NCBI GenBank assembly: GCA_964035545.1
Contig: OZ037768.1
Location: 21,249,700 to 21,313,699, forward strand
Direction: 5' to 3'
From: Bugula neritina
Taxonomy: Eukaryota > Animalia > Bryozoa
DNA: 64,000 nucleotides
Part shown: positions 15,059 through 27,600 of the stretch, one piece after another
How the letters are laid out: each line of letters opens with the position of its first letter
Position numbering within the stretch: the stretch's first letter is position 1
Translations under genes and position numbers: made by a program
Notes under the pieces: generated by a model
Databases searched by the model: none
Told to the model about the DNA's origin: nothing
Seen by the model: the letters and a program-made list of their open reading frames with translations, nothing else

Positions 15059-17702
15059 TCAACGATACTCATTGTTCCATATGTAGTCGTATTTACTAAG
15101 CTGTGGTTGACAACCTAACATATTATTATGTACAGCATAATCAAATGAGAAAGGATTGATGTTGTCTTCTTTGAGTTTCTGTTTTAACGCAGCTTCTTCT
15201 TCTAGCATTTTCTGAGTCACCACTCTCGCACGAAAGGGTAAGTTATGAGCTACTATCTTCAGCATCCAGTATACATCTTCAAACTCCACTGTTCCTATAA
15301 CACAGTAAAACACACCATTAGTAGTGACCTAACAGATCTGACAACTCCAAACTTGCTTAATAATTTGCAAGATATTTATTATGCAATATTTACAAATATA
15401 GAAAAGCATAAGATTTTATCAGAAAAATGTGTAATAAAAGTTCTGTTTAAATTTTATTTTATTAAAAATAGAATATTATTATAATCTTTGCAAGAGACTC
15501 TTATTGCCAGAGTAAAATGATTAGTTTTACTAGCATCTGAGAATGAAGAAAAAAGAGCACAACTCCAAATACTTTACCAGCTTTACCTGCTGAATGTTCA
15601 ACAAGATGGCATGTAATACGAGATTAGATGAACTAATACATATATAAATGCAAGAGAAAAAAGTTATACTTTTTAGATGGCACAAAGATATGCACTTTTA
15701 CAACAGTGGTCTCAAAGTACTGGATCTTGCATCATATCATATATAATATTACGTATCTTGATATATCATAACTGGTATTACAGCAAACTGTATATATGAG
15801 TTGGAAAAGCTTACTATAATTGACATTATAACAATAATCAAAACTCTAATGCATATTTTTACAGGCCAGTAATCTTACCTCCCATTTCTAAAATTATACG
15901 ATTGGCTTTAATAGGTGTGACATAGTGATGGATGTTGCCTTTCCCTCCACCCATACGAGAGCCCACAGGCTTTTTTGTGATAGGTTTCCAGGGGGCGTCT
16001 ATTCGCCAGATTGCAAACATGGTGTTGGGGTCCATCTTCCTGTTTATCTTGAGTCTGGAGGACTCAATGTGGCCGTACGTCAAGTTGCCTCCGAGTAGCG
16101 CCTAAATATCATACGCAACAACACTTTGTAAATAAAGTTAAGTGTATATTGATAACCCAAACCAATTATTCATAATTACAGTAACACAAATTAATTATTG
16201 AATAATTAAAAAGAGCTGAGCTATTAAAAGTGAAAACTTTGAAAGATTTAGAAACACCAAGCCACTCAACTACTTTATTTAGGCTGCTTTAGTTACCCCC
16301 CAACTTAAAGCATCATGTAAGAAACTCAGGTTAGATGAACTACAGTCTACACAATTCCTGCATTAAGATGTGATTGAACCTTAGCATAGATATGCAAACA
16401 TACAAATACAAACAATTAGCAAGGAAAAGAGAACGGCGGAATACGGGAGTGTTACCTGCACACCAAACTGCTTGTGAATAAGTTTATTATGCACTAGCTC
16501 AGGACCTCTTATATCTATCACTCTTTTAGGCATCTTACGAGGTTTAGTGTTGCTCTGAGCGTTGGGGTTTTTAGGCAGCAGAGGCAGCTTTCTCTTGTCC
16601 CACAGAGGAAACACCACATCTATAGAATATCGATACGCGAGTAAACAATTTGATATATTTATAAACAGACAACAAGAGGAAAAGGTTCATTTTTCAACAC
16701 TGTGTATTTTTATACTCACGGCTATAATCTGGTGGACTTCTATAATTAGTTATAAACCGGCAAAGGAGTTTATTTATAAAAGGGGTATCTAAAAATACAT
16801 CAACAGTCAAAGCAAATCTTAATACATACATGTCCTATGATAATGTTGCATTATAATTTTATAAAAGAAATTATTAATAACCAGTAGATAAAAATATTAA
16901 TATACACCTGCATTAATATTGATAACTCATAACAGATATGGTGGTGATAAAACTTAGCCTTGCAAACATATTGATGATTATTAGTATTATGATATTTACT
17001 ACAATAATGTTATATTTACATTACTATTAGGACGGTTTCTAAAGCTATTATCAATAGTATTACTAAAAGTATAACTTGGCCTTATATTCTATAAGTTCAT
17101 GAATCCAGGTGATAGCATTAGTATTACTATTAGTGTATTACTATTAGTATTACTATTAGATCAGACTTAGTATTAGTATTAGTATTAGTATTACTATTAC
17201 TATTAGTATTAGTGTAATTGTACACTAGAAATTAGAGCAGGTATAGCAACAAATATAAAAACAATAACTATTGATTATAATAAAAATAGTAATAGTAATA
17301 GTAATAGTAATACTAATAGTATAAGATTAAGTATTACTATTATTATTACTTTAATAGAATTAAATATAAAATAAAAAATAAATTCAATACACAATCACAA
17401 TGACAATTAATGAATTATTTGTAACCAAAGCAGCAATAAAAAGTAATATGAATACTTACGAAGAATTTCACTTGTACATTGAAAAGACAACATATCCAAC
17501 CTTGAAAATATTGATATAGTTATCTTTGCTTACATAAAATTAAAATAACTATTTGAATTATTAATTACTATACAACATGAGTTGAAACAGAAACATAATT
17601 TGCAACTATATTTAAATCAATACAAATGCACAAATGTAGTGTTTATAGTAGTATATGTAAAATAATTTACCTACATACGTTACTTTTGTGCACATTAAAC
17701 AT
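15059..17702 (-). CDS. MRPL16: Mitochondrial ribosomal protein L16 (uL16m), spliced
   Basis: Exons 17671-17702, 17460-17500, 16720-16788, 16456-16619, 15879-16101, 15059-15294 join in frame. Motifs [72 protein letters not shown]. The two short N-terminal exons are less certain (alternative ATG at 17493). Confidence 0.92.
17117..17350. repeat. Low-complexity (AGTATT)n / (AGTAAT)n repeat in an MRPL16 intron
   Basis: Direct 6-mer repeats visible at 17117-17212 and 17287-17350. Confidence 0.7.
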
Positions 17703-18185
17703 CCTTGACCTACAATGTAGCTTGTGTTCATCAAATCAACTTAGATAACAAATAGTTGGGTTCGTGATGCTCGTGACTCAGTTTCTATAAAAATTAGGCT
17801 AAACACAGTTAGACCATTATGAGGTCATTTAAAATGTGAAACCGGTTTCCGATTAACTTTTTACTGCAACGAATAGTTTTTATTTTAATGTTTATAACTT
17901 TATGCGAAGCTACTGACATTCACCCTTTGCTATTACACACATAAGTGAGTCAGGTTATCATAATTGATTATCTTTATCTTACAACCAAAATTTATAATAT
18001 ATAATATTGCTCAATATGAATATGAAGTTTTAATTATTACTTTTAATTTAGATCAGACTAAGAATCGGTCCAAGAAATCAGACTCGCAGTTGGTGACTCT
18101 AAATTTTAGAAACAGAATTAGTATTACTATTGTTATAAGTATTGAGCTTTAAATTAGTAGTTTTCTTTTTAGTTGGAAGTTTAAA
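17703..18185. promoter_or_regulatory. Putative bidirectional promoter shared by MRPL16 and the MIC19-like gene
   Basis: Divergent ATGs only ~480 bp apart. Likely + strand 5'UTR intron (donor GTGAGT 17945, acceptor ..TTTTTAG 18172). Palindrome GAAACCGGTTTC at 17838-17849 (Grainyhead-like AACCGGTT). Confidence 0.6.
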
Positions 18186-20783
18186 ATGGGTGCAAGTCAA
18201 AGCAGCGAAACTCGTTCAGTCACTTTGAAAAATGAAAACCCCAATGAAATAGCTGTAAGTGAGTATACACTTTTTAAATGTGAAGTTTAATTTATTTATG
18301 GAATATAAAAGCATGTTTACTTGGCCTGCTAGCTTGTCATTAGCTTAGATAGTTTGAGCAGTCGTCATATAATATATTATATTGCATGTCTATTTTTTGT
18401 AAGGTAAATCAATTTTTTACGTGCTTTTATAAAAAAAATATGGTGATTGGTTGTGAGACATAAGATTATAAGGTAACTTAATTTTTGTGTGTGCTTTTAT
18501 TAAATTCTTGGTGATTTTCGGTTAGACAGTGAACTTTTACATAAGAATTGACATTTATATTTGCACTTATGTCAATGTTGAGTGTTATGTAAGGCAGCGT
18601 GGTAAGCAAATAGGATTGTTTGAAATAAGTTGATACATACCAAAAGACTGCAGTGTTGTTCTACTGTTTCTTCAGTGGCAAACTTTATGTGTTTTGTTAG
18701 ATTAGTCAGAGCGTCTTGTGTAGCAGCGTGCCTGAACCTGAAGAAAACGCAAATGAACAGTCTTCTACAAAAGTAAGTAAATGTTTTCTGTGACTTTTGC
18801 GTGTTTTTAATGCTTAGCTGACTAGTCTAAATATGTTTCACCAAAGAGTGATAGAAGACACTCAGTCACTCAGTAAATAGTAAAGTATAATTTAATAGCA
18901 TAGCCTGTAGTCTATAGTTATGACATTGAACAATAGTTATTAAGTTTCTAATGTAAAATAATGTTACAGTTTACAGTATCTCAGGCTCCTTGCCAGGCTC
19001 ACTTCTAGTTTGTTATTAAACTGATATTCACTGTAGATTTTTGTGAATAATCATAGGCTCACTTGTATTGTTGAACTAATACTCACTATAGATTTATATG
19101 TATAAGCTTTTTTACACTCTAATCCGTTTTTATAGAAAAAAAGAACTTACTCTGAAGAGGAAACAGCCAATCTGACGGCTAAACTCGACAAAGATTATGC
19201 CGCTTGGATTACAGATGTAGAGAGAAAAGTATGCTAATGCAGAATTTATATACCAGATCTATTTGCATTCTATTGTTAGAATGGAGTAAGCTGACCTTGA
19301 TATTGCGTTAACTTTTTTCTTTATCTTGTTTCACAGTCTAAATTTGTTTTCCCAACAAGTCTAGTGGCAGGTGCTGCCACTACTAAATTAAACAAGTCTT
19401 GCTTTGCTATATACATGCTAAATTCTGATCTAGAGGGATAACACAGCATAATGCCCCTAGAAGGGGATATTTTTGTAGCCAATGATTGTATTTACAGAAT
19501 GAAAGTGTAACCAAACAGTTACGAGATGAGCTAGTACAAAAAGCAGACGCCTTATATGAAAGATTTGCGTAAGTATTTTGACATTGCTTTCTCGTGTTTT
19601 ATGTAGCTACATTAGACCTATGGATCTTACTAGAGCAGGTGTTTTCAGGAATTTTAAATTTTTTTTTTCCTTTCAAATTTTATTATACTATACGATTAAT
19701 AACTTAACTTTAGTAATATTAATAAAGTTAAGATACTCAGTTCTTTTACTTACATATATTTAGCGCTCTTTATAATGAGCTGCAATTTTCTAGAAAATTT
19801 CTCATTTTCACCAGCTTTAAGTAGTATATAAGAAGTTTTGAAGATTTGTATACCTGCAAAAAATGTAATGTTAATGTTATTTTTTATCCTTTAGAGTTTA
19901 GAGTCATTTATGTATTTTTTATTCAAACTAAGTGTGCTGTATGCATTTTGTAAACTCAGAATTTTTACTCAAGTGACTTATATAATATAGTCTAGTGATG
20001 TTATTGCAGGTAGAATATATTTTAGTTCTGGTGTTACTGGTAAATTGTAGTTTATTGTCCAGTACTGGCATTGCAGTTAGAACACAACACATAGTCTAGG
20101 ATGGACATTGGGTGCTATGTGAATTTATATACTTAGTCTAATAGTTTAGTACATACTTTGCAGGTATGTTGAAGGCAAGCCCATCTGTGAAGAGGCCAAG
20201 AAAGCTGTCCTAGAGTGTTATGAATCTAATGTAACTACTCCATTGAACTGTTCAGAAGAAGTAAAATATTTCACCAACTGTGTCAAAAATTACCAAATCA
20301 ACTACGTGAGTTGTCGATAGTTTTTCTTTTAAAACCAATGACTTTTAAACGGGTCTAAAAGTTTGAGTGAAAATATTATAGTAAAATGATTTTGTTCCTA
20401 TAATATTTGTTGATTTGAAATAATCTGCTAAGGCAACTCCTTTTAACATGTCATATGGTAAATTGTAGCCATCACTGGCTGCTTAGGGTGTTTCCTTCTA
20501 TTGTTTGATATGTTAAGAGTTGCCCGATTTCTGTAAAAATGAACTTCTCACTTGCTTCTATATATAATGCACTTTTATTGTACGTTAAACCAGGCGTATT
20601 TGAAAAGGCCAGTAGGCCTACTGTATTTAGCTTACTTATGTATTATATCATCTGAATGGTTGCCATTCTAATCATTTCTGCTTATCTGTCATTTAGATTT
20701 GTTTGCGCGTTATTTTAATTGCAAATTGTTTTTTGTTGTAGGATAAAAGACAGCATCTACCTAAACCTGTTAAAACCAAATAA
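18186..20783 (+). CDS. CHCHD3: MICOS subunit MIC19/MIC25-like (CHCHD3/CHCHD6 family), spliced
   Basis: Exons 18186-18254, 18701-18772, 19136-19228, 19498-19568, 20164-20305, 20742-20783. N-terminal myristoylation-type MGASQSSETRSVTL, a coiled-coil, and a C-terminal twin CX9C CHCH motif (CEEAKKAVLEC..CSEEVKYFTNC). All exons are too short to appear in the ORF track. Confidence 0.85.
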
Positions 20784-21602
20784 TTACAGAGCTTCAGTAT
20801 TTATTTTATGACATTTTCAATATGATCTACTACTTGTTGAAAGTTTTCGAGTTGTTTTGAATGTATGTAATGTCTTGATTTCGCTGTATTAAAAGTTGCC
20901 AAAAGGTTTTTTATGCTTAAGCCAGTTTAAAAAATGTACCAAGCACTCCTTTAAAGGTAAGCAGAGTTAGGTGTATTATTTTCATGATGTTCTGTGAAAA
21001 CTGTGTGTTATTTTAGTCACTTTTTGTTAATGCCAAGTCATTGCTTCATGACAACTCCTAAAGTAACGTTATTTAGTGACAGTTCTTTGCTTGTAAGTTT
21101 CACAAGGTTTGTTATGGATATACTAGTTGGATTATTGAAATGATTTTACATCCACGTATCAACTATTTAAACTGAAATAAAATGCAAGAAAAGTATAACT
21201 TTGTTTATATTTGAAAAGCAGTAAAACTACAGCCACCCATAGAACAGTCTAGAATGTGTCAGACAATAAATTAGTATAATTTAGAAACTATTTGCCTAAG
21301 AAACAGTTGACGTGTGATAAAATAGCATAAGATACTATTACTAGCTGAACAACAAGAGTAAAAGTACGGAGATGGTTAATCATCTAATACTAATAAATAT
21401 AAGTTATACATTTACACATCGAATAGCATTTAGCTTTTCATTAGTAATTGAAAGATCTGTGCCTGGTACGAGGAGATTATCCAGAAGAAATTATACTCTT
21501 GATTTGGAATTTTTTAGACTAATGTTACTAATCATCCGTATTCTGGTTAGAATCTCAATTCATGCACCTAGTAGTGTAGAAAGTAAAGCTGTGTTCAGTC
21601 AA

Positions 21603-24600
21603 CTAACTAGGACGTTTGACGTCGCTAGGTAACTCTTCATTGATCACCTGCAGTGCTGTCAAACATTCCACGCTGACGCTCAGTACTCCTATCTCTAGCT
21701 GCTCATCGTCAATATCGTAAACTGCAACATAAATGTGAAGTTATAGATCTGCTATTTCACATTATTTCGTAAAACATTGCACCCAGATAAATTATAATGC
21801 AATGCATCAAATCAACGTCTATAAAATATGAAAGTCAAACAGTTATTACTTATTAGGTCAGCGCAAACTCAAAAATTTAAGTGGCATCAGCATTGTTTTA
21901 GTTGATCATTGGGTACAAAAAATTATGCTTTTGAAATTACTTATAGACCCCCTGTACATAAATATATATAAATAAATAACAAAATGATAGCAAAGTAAAC
22001 TTTATATAAGCTATTGCAACAGTATTCAGTAATTTACACTAAGTGAGCTATTTTACCAGTTAAACTTGTGTCTATGGCATCTTTCTTTGCATTAAAAATA
22101 TCGACCAATGAGATGGAAGCAAAGCCGACATCAAAACACTCCGCAGACTCGTCACCTTCTGGTGGTTCAGAAACTACGGTGAATGTCAGTCTAAAAAGAA
22201 GGGAGAAAGAATTGCTTTTTTAATAATGGAGTATATAAGCAAAAATATTTTTTGTGAATATTATACATTGTAGTGTGGCAAGCGTTATTGCTTTTAGCTA
22301 TAACAGTACGATCATTGTAGTAACACAAGTGTTGAGAGGAAAACCTATGTAAATATAATGCTAAAATCAAGAGCAAATTTCTATGTTTTAATAATAAAAG
22401 AGTTTATTGAACTTATACTGCCAGTGAGAAAAATAGTTGTGAAATGACTGAAATGGCTATTCAGTAGCAAACAAAGAGCTACAAAAAGAAACTGTGGCTA
22501 AGAAAAATTGTTGCTAAGGAAACTTGTTACCACGAGAAACTGTTGCTAAGGAAACTTGTTACCAAGGGAAACCAATAAACTTACAAGCTGTCATCTGGAG
22601 AGTTGGGCAGCAGCATGCTAGCCAAATACTGTCTTCTCTCGTAATTAGATTTCATGTCCACATGGAAAACTAACAACAAATTACTTCTAGTTATTATAAG
22701 CCAAATTCTCATCATTGGCAACGTATGGCAACGCAAAATCTTATTTAAAACATTGTCTGCAAAATTTTCTAATTATTATGAGCTCCTGATTGATAACATA
22801 TCACAGAAAGTTAGAAATTTAAAATCTTAACTGCTAAATTTTATAAACAAAAAACATGAGTACAGTACATAAAAGTGTCTCTAGTCAAAACTCTCCATCA
22901 TTAGGTAATTTATTTGATATATTATGTGTAGTGTTGAACTGAACCTTTTCTGAAATTGAAAGTCAGATGTTGGGATGAGTTCTTCGGTTTGGGAAGTGAA
23001 ATCGGAGTTTCGAGTTCGGCAGGATTTATACCGAGGAAGTTGTAGGCAATGAAAAGCCTTTTGATATCTGGGTCAGAAATGATGTGAGTGTCTTCCTTGA
23101 TGGTCAAGTAACCAACCTCCACCACTACTATTTCCCCATGCTACAACACACTCCGGAGTCTAGATTACTATATCATGTTATTGTGTAGAATTACTTGGCA
23201 GAGAATAATGGCAATATGCTTATTCCCTTATCACTCAAAATAACAGCGGAATTACAAGTAATAATAAAATGTTTTAAAAGAAAGTAGTGAAAAAGATAGT
23301 ACTAGTCAGAAGCAACAGTTTTTAAAAAATGGTAAAAGTTGCATCTAAAATGATCAAGACTCTTTTTGTTGGTGGTTACACAGTTTTCTTAAAACTAATA
23401 AAAAATAAATATTGTCTCAACACCTTTACCATCTTCAGCAAAATAGCATTGCTGCCCTTTGGTTGATAAACGATAGCGATATTTCAACACTTAGTTTAAA
23501 TAATCTATAAAAGATTTTATATTCAATGTCCACGATAGTTTGTGCTACAGATAGGGAGTAACTAGACATACATTAAGTGGTGTATCCAGACTCCTGTTCA
23601 CAGGAATTGAAGGCATCATCACTCCTTCGCTGTCGCTGCCGCTCATCTCTCCCGAAGACTTCTCTCCCTCTTTAGCGACCTCATCGTCGTGTCCCGTGAC
23701 AATGTCAGTGTCATCAGCTATAGTGGACTCGTCCTCGGATTCCTCAAAGTAGGTGCCGTTGTGATCCGGGGCCGTGTTGGTGTTGGTCAGTGACTCATCA
23801 CGCAAGTCATCGTCATCAGTAACTAACAACATAGTGGCAGGTGATAAGTCATGTAGAGTGAAGGTGTAGGTGGATAACGTGCAGTAGTTGACAATGTGAA
23901 TAGTACATACAAACACCAGTCTTTTCGGAAGCATGGGTTTGAATCCCACCACTGCCACCATATAGGATTATGATTAATAAGCTTTACTGAGCACAGAACA
24001 TGCTAACTATTTGAATAGTACAGAGTAAAACATTATCTACATAAAACATTAACTATTTAGGTCAAAGCATTTTCATCAATTGTTCTCTGATGCTATAATA
24101 CAATAATAGTCCATAGTGAGTAAAAATGTGGGTAGCATACAAGAAAAAAACGTGTCATTAATACTCAGTAAAACCAGTTGGGTTAATAGAATGAATATTC
24201 ACAGATTTTTTATGGTACAACTTTGTATATAAGTAATGATATCTACGTGTGCAGTGCACATGATTTTCTAGGTACAGGTAGGTAGTTGGTTGTTGAACTT
24301 GAATATCAAGAGTTCGGAATAGTACTTTGGTTTTTTGCAAATTAGTTGCGGTCTTTTAAACATCTTTAAAATTATTTTTGATGCAAATTGGCTGAGCTTG
24401 CAACAGGAACTTTCACGCAAAAGCAGAAATAAAATTTAAAAAAATCCTTAGGTTAGCAAATGGATTTCAATATAATTATGAAAATTCATTTGTACGCCTT
24501 CATTTGGTATGGTAGTAGCACCACTTGTATCCAGTTTCTTACTAGAAGAGTTGAAAGCTGTGTCGTCATCCTCCTCATCTACTTCCTCTTGTAGTTGACC

Positions 24601-27600
24601 TTCACCTTGACTGTTTTTACTACTGATTTGTTCTTCAATACTTTCTTGAGAGTCGACTGAAGGTTTGGTAACTAAGCAAAGAAATATACTCACATAAGTT
24701 GTTGGTATGAAGGTGATGGTAATAACAGCTATTGTTTCATGGACGTTGATAAAATATCGGTCAACAGTTCACAAAAGTATCAGAATCATGATTTAGACAC
24801 ACTAGTTGGAGCGTGAGTGTGTCTTATGACTTACAATCCAAACCTCTATCTGAATTGAGATTAATCAAATTGACCTTCAACTCTACACTCCAACTAGTGA
24901 TTATGAGACAGTAAGGAAACCACAGATAGAGAAAGAAATTAACTGGAATCAGAATAGGCATTGAAATGACATTCAGTTAGCAAGCAGCAAAATTGTAACA
25001 TCAATAATATACAGAAATCAGCAGATTACATGAAAAGACAAAGTTTAATAACACCACAAACTAAGTTGTAATTTCTATACATGAAATGTACAAGATGTGT
25101 TACCATCATTGCCTCCTTCCAGCAAATCATCTAAATACAATGTACATGCAGATGTAAGTGTAGATAGCTAACGGCGAGATTGGAGAATATTTACAAAACT
25201 AATTAGAACTTGAAAGAAAATATTATTTCAACAATTGGCACTAAAAAAAATTCAATAGTAAAAATATTTAGGCTGAGAACGAAAAAATTCTTAGTTTACT
25301 AAAATGCGGCAACGCTTGTTAAAACTATTTTTTTACATTTTTCACATTCAAAGTTGTTATGATTTGATAAAGTTGAGTATCAATGAAAATGCAAAGTGAA
25401 GTATTGAGTAATAGTGAAAAGCAGTATAACATATATCACCTGTCACTCTGGGAACAGCTTGTGGAGCAGCTGGAGTAGGTCTAGCTTTGGGATCTGCAAG
25501 CTTAACTTCAGAGGTGGGCTCACTTGCTGACACCCCTACAATATATCAGTATTTCCAAATAGTCACATAGCTACAGCTTCATAGCTGAAATGTTTTGGGA
25601 CAATCACATTAGCAGAGTCAAAGATTTTAGTCGTAAGAAATGTGTTGCATCATCTACCTTCAGATGAAGTAGATAATTCCTCTCTTCTCATTGGTTCAGG
25701 CTCAACCACAGAAGCAGACGGCAAGCTGTCTCCTATTCCGGAAACTTCTACACTTTCACTCGCTGACACTTTAGCTGGATGACTAACATGCTCCTGAACT
25801 GGGGGAGGTGAGGGGACTGTCACGTCACCAGACTCAACCACCACCTCCTTGAACTCCACAGTCTTGCTCTTCTTGGCAGGAGATTTCCGAATGACAGTCG
25901 GTGGCGACTGACCCTTGGAATATGAGTAAACTTACAGGTAAGTAAAAATTAGTGTAGATTTTAATTTAAAACTTGTCCTCCTGTTATAAAAATATGAGTC
26001 GGAGGCATTAGGTAATGTTCTATTCTTTTAAATTATATTGAAATGTTGTAAATTATTAAAAAAAGAATTTAAATTCATCAATTAAAATTTGAGATAAGAA
26101 AGCCAAAAGTAACTTTTTGGGAATAAAATAGTTTATTTGATAAAATAAAAGTCACTTTAAATTAACGCAAAGCTAACATTATATCGCTTATAACTCACTC
26201 TGACAGGATGAGTAGATTGCAGATTATCTCTGGTAGAGCTGAGTGGCTGCAGATCATCATGATAATCAGCAGGAAGTGCAGATGCTGTTTTCAAAGGTGC
26301 TGTCTCCATAGTAGACGCGTCTAGATTTTCACCTGGCATCATGGCTAGACTTTCTCCCTTACTCTGGGCAGGCTTTGAGGCTGACTTCTGCAGCAAACAA
26401 TTTACAAATAAATAAACATTCAAAATATCCAATTTCAATCAATTTTTATCATTGATAATCGGATAAATTTACATCAAAGCTATTTTGTTTTAAGTAAAAA
26501 GTACTTAGAGAAACATATTCTGTACTGAGATAGTAAACTTATTTAAAGTAAATTTTATTTACTAATATAAGTATTTATTATAAATGAATACTTATTCAAA
26601 CTCACCTGTGCCTTTGTTTTGGTGGCCATTGGTGGAGGCAAGTAACTGTACTGCCACTTTATGAAGAGGTCAATGGTGCCATTCTTCTGGCCATCAGGCT
26701 ACAAGAGAGATCAAAGTAGGTCAATCTACTAGTAACCAGTACATCTTACCAGTGAGTGTTCAGAGGGTAATAAAAGGATAGCAGTAATAACTAACCTGCA
26801 CCAACTCAAATCGCCCTTTCACGGCCTTGTCATGGGCCAGGGTTATGAGCGGAACTTTGGCTACTCCAAGATATGAGGCCAGTTCAGGGTCCGTCTCGTC
26901 AAACATGTAAATCTGCAACACGAAATACCAGTGTAAGCCTCAGGCTCTTTAGGAATGGATTCTAAATGCTGATATTGAAAAGTGCTGCTGATAGTAAACT
27001 GAACATCTTATACTCTGTTCATAGGAAGAGGTCTCAGTTGGTAACAGCTACCCAACTTCATTGTTAGCAACAAATGACTATACTTTTTATTAGCTAATCT
27101 CACAATCATTAAAGAACCAATTGCATCAATGTTAGCATGGGTTACACAGACAGAACAGATAATAACAAATATTTATATTTGAAATATAAGGTAATTTAAT
27201 GCATATAAAATGAATTTGTGTGCAAAGCATTTATGAGTATTTGCATAGCAATGAAATTCGACCACCAAATAAAGTTGTTTTGCACATAGTCACTTAACCC
27301 ACATTGTAAAATGTATCATTTATATATTTTTATAGAGCATTTAAAGCAGTTTAGTGTTGTGATAACTAATCCATAGCATATGATAAGTCGGTACATTATA
27401 ATAGAGTGAATGAATTACCACAAGAGTTTGTTAGTCTGTTGGTGATGATCAATATTAATTTTGTATCTTCTATATACTTATGACTAACTTATAGACTTTT
27501 CTTACCTCCAGCTCAGAAGATTTAAGGTAAGTATCGAGGTCTGCAACCATTGTGACAGGAAATGAGTGAAGGTCGTTGAACTCGGGAGAGTTGGAGCTGT

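Noticed and set aside
20784-21602. Overlapping 3'UTRs of the convergent MIC19-like and RPGRIP1L genes
   Set aside because: Poly(A) hexamer positions allow it, but such hexamers are too common in AT-rich DNA to call without 3'-end data.
22494-22572. CRISPR-like reading of this and other short repeats
   Set aside because: Eukaryotic intron, no unique spacers, no cas genes.
23914-23960. Functional tRNA-Leu gene
   Set aside because: Lacks the 5' acceptor strand, D arm and anticodon; the T-loop is mutated (GTTTGA).
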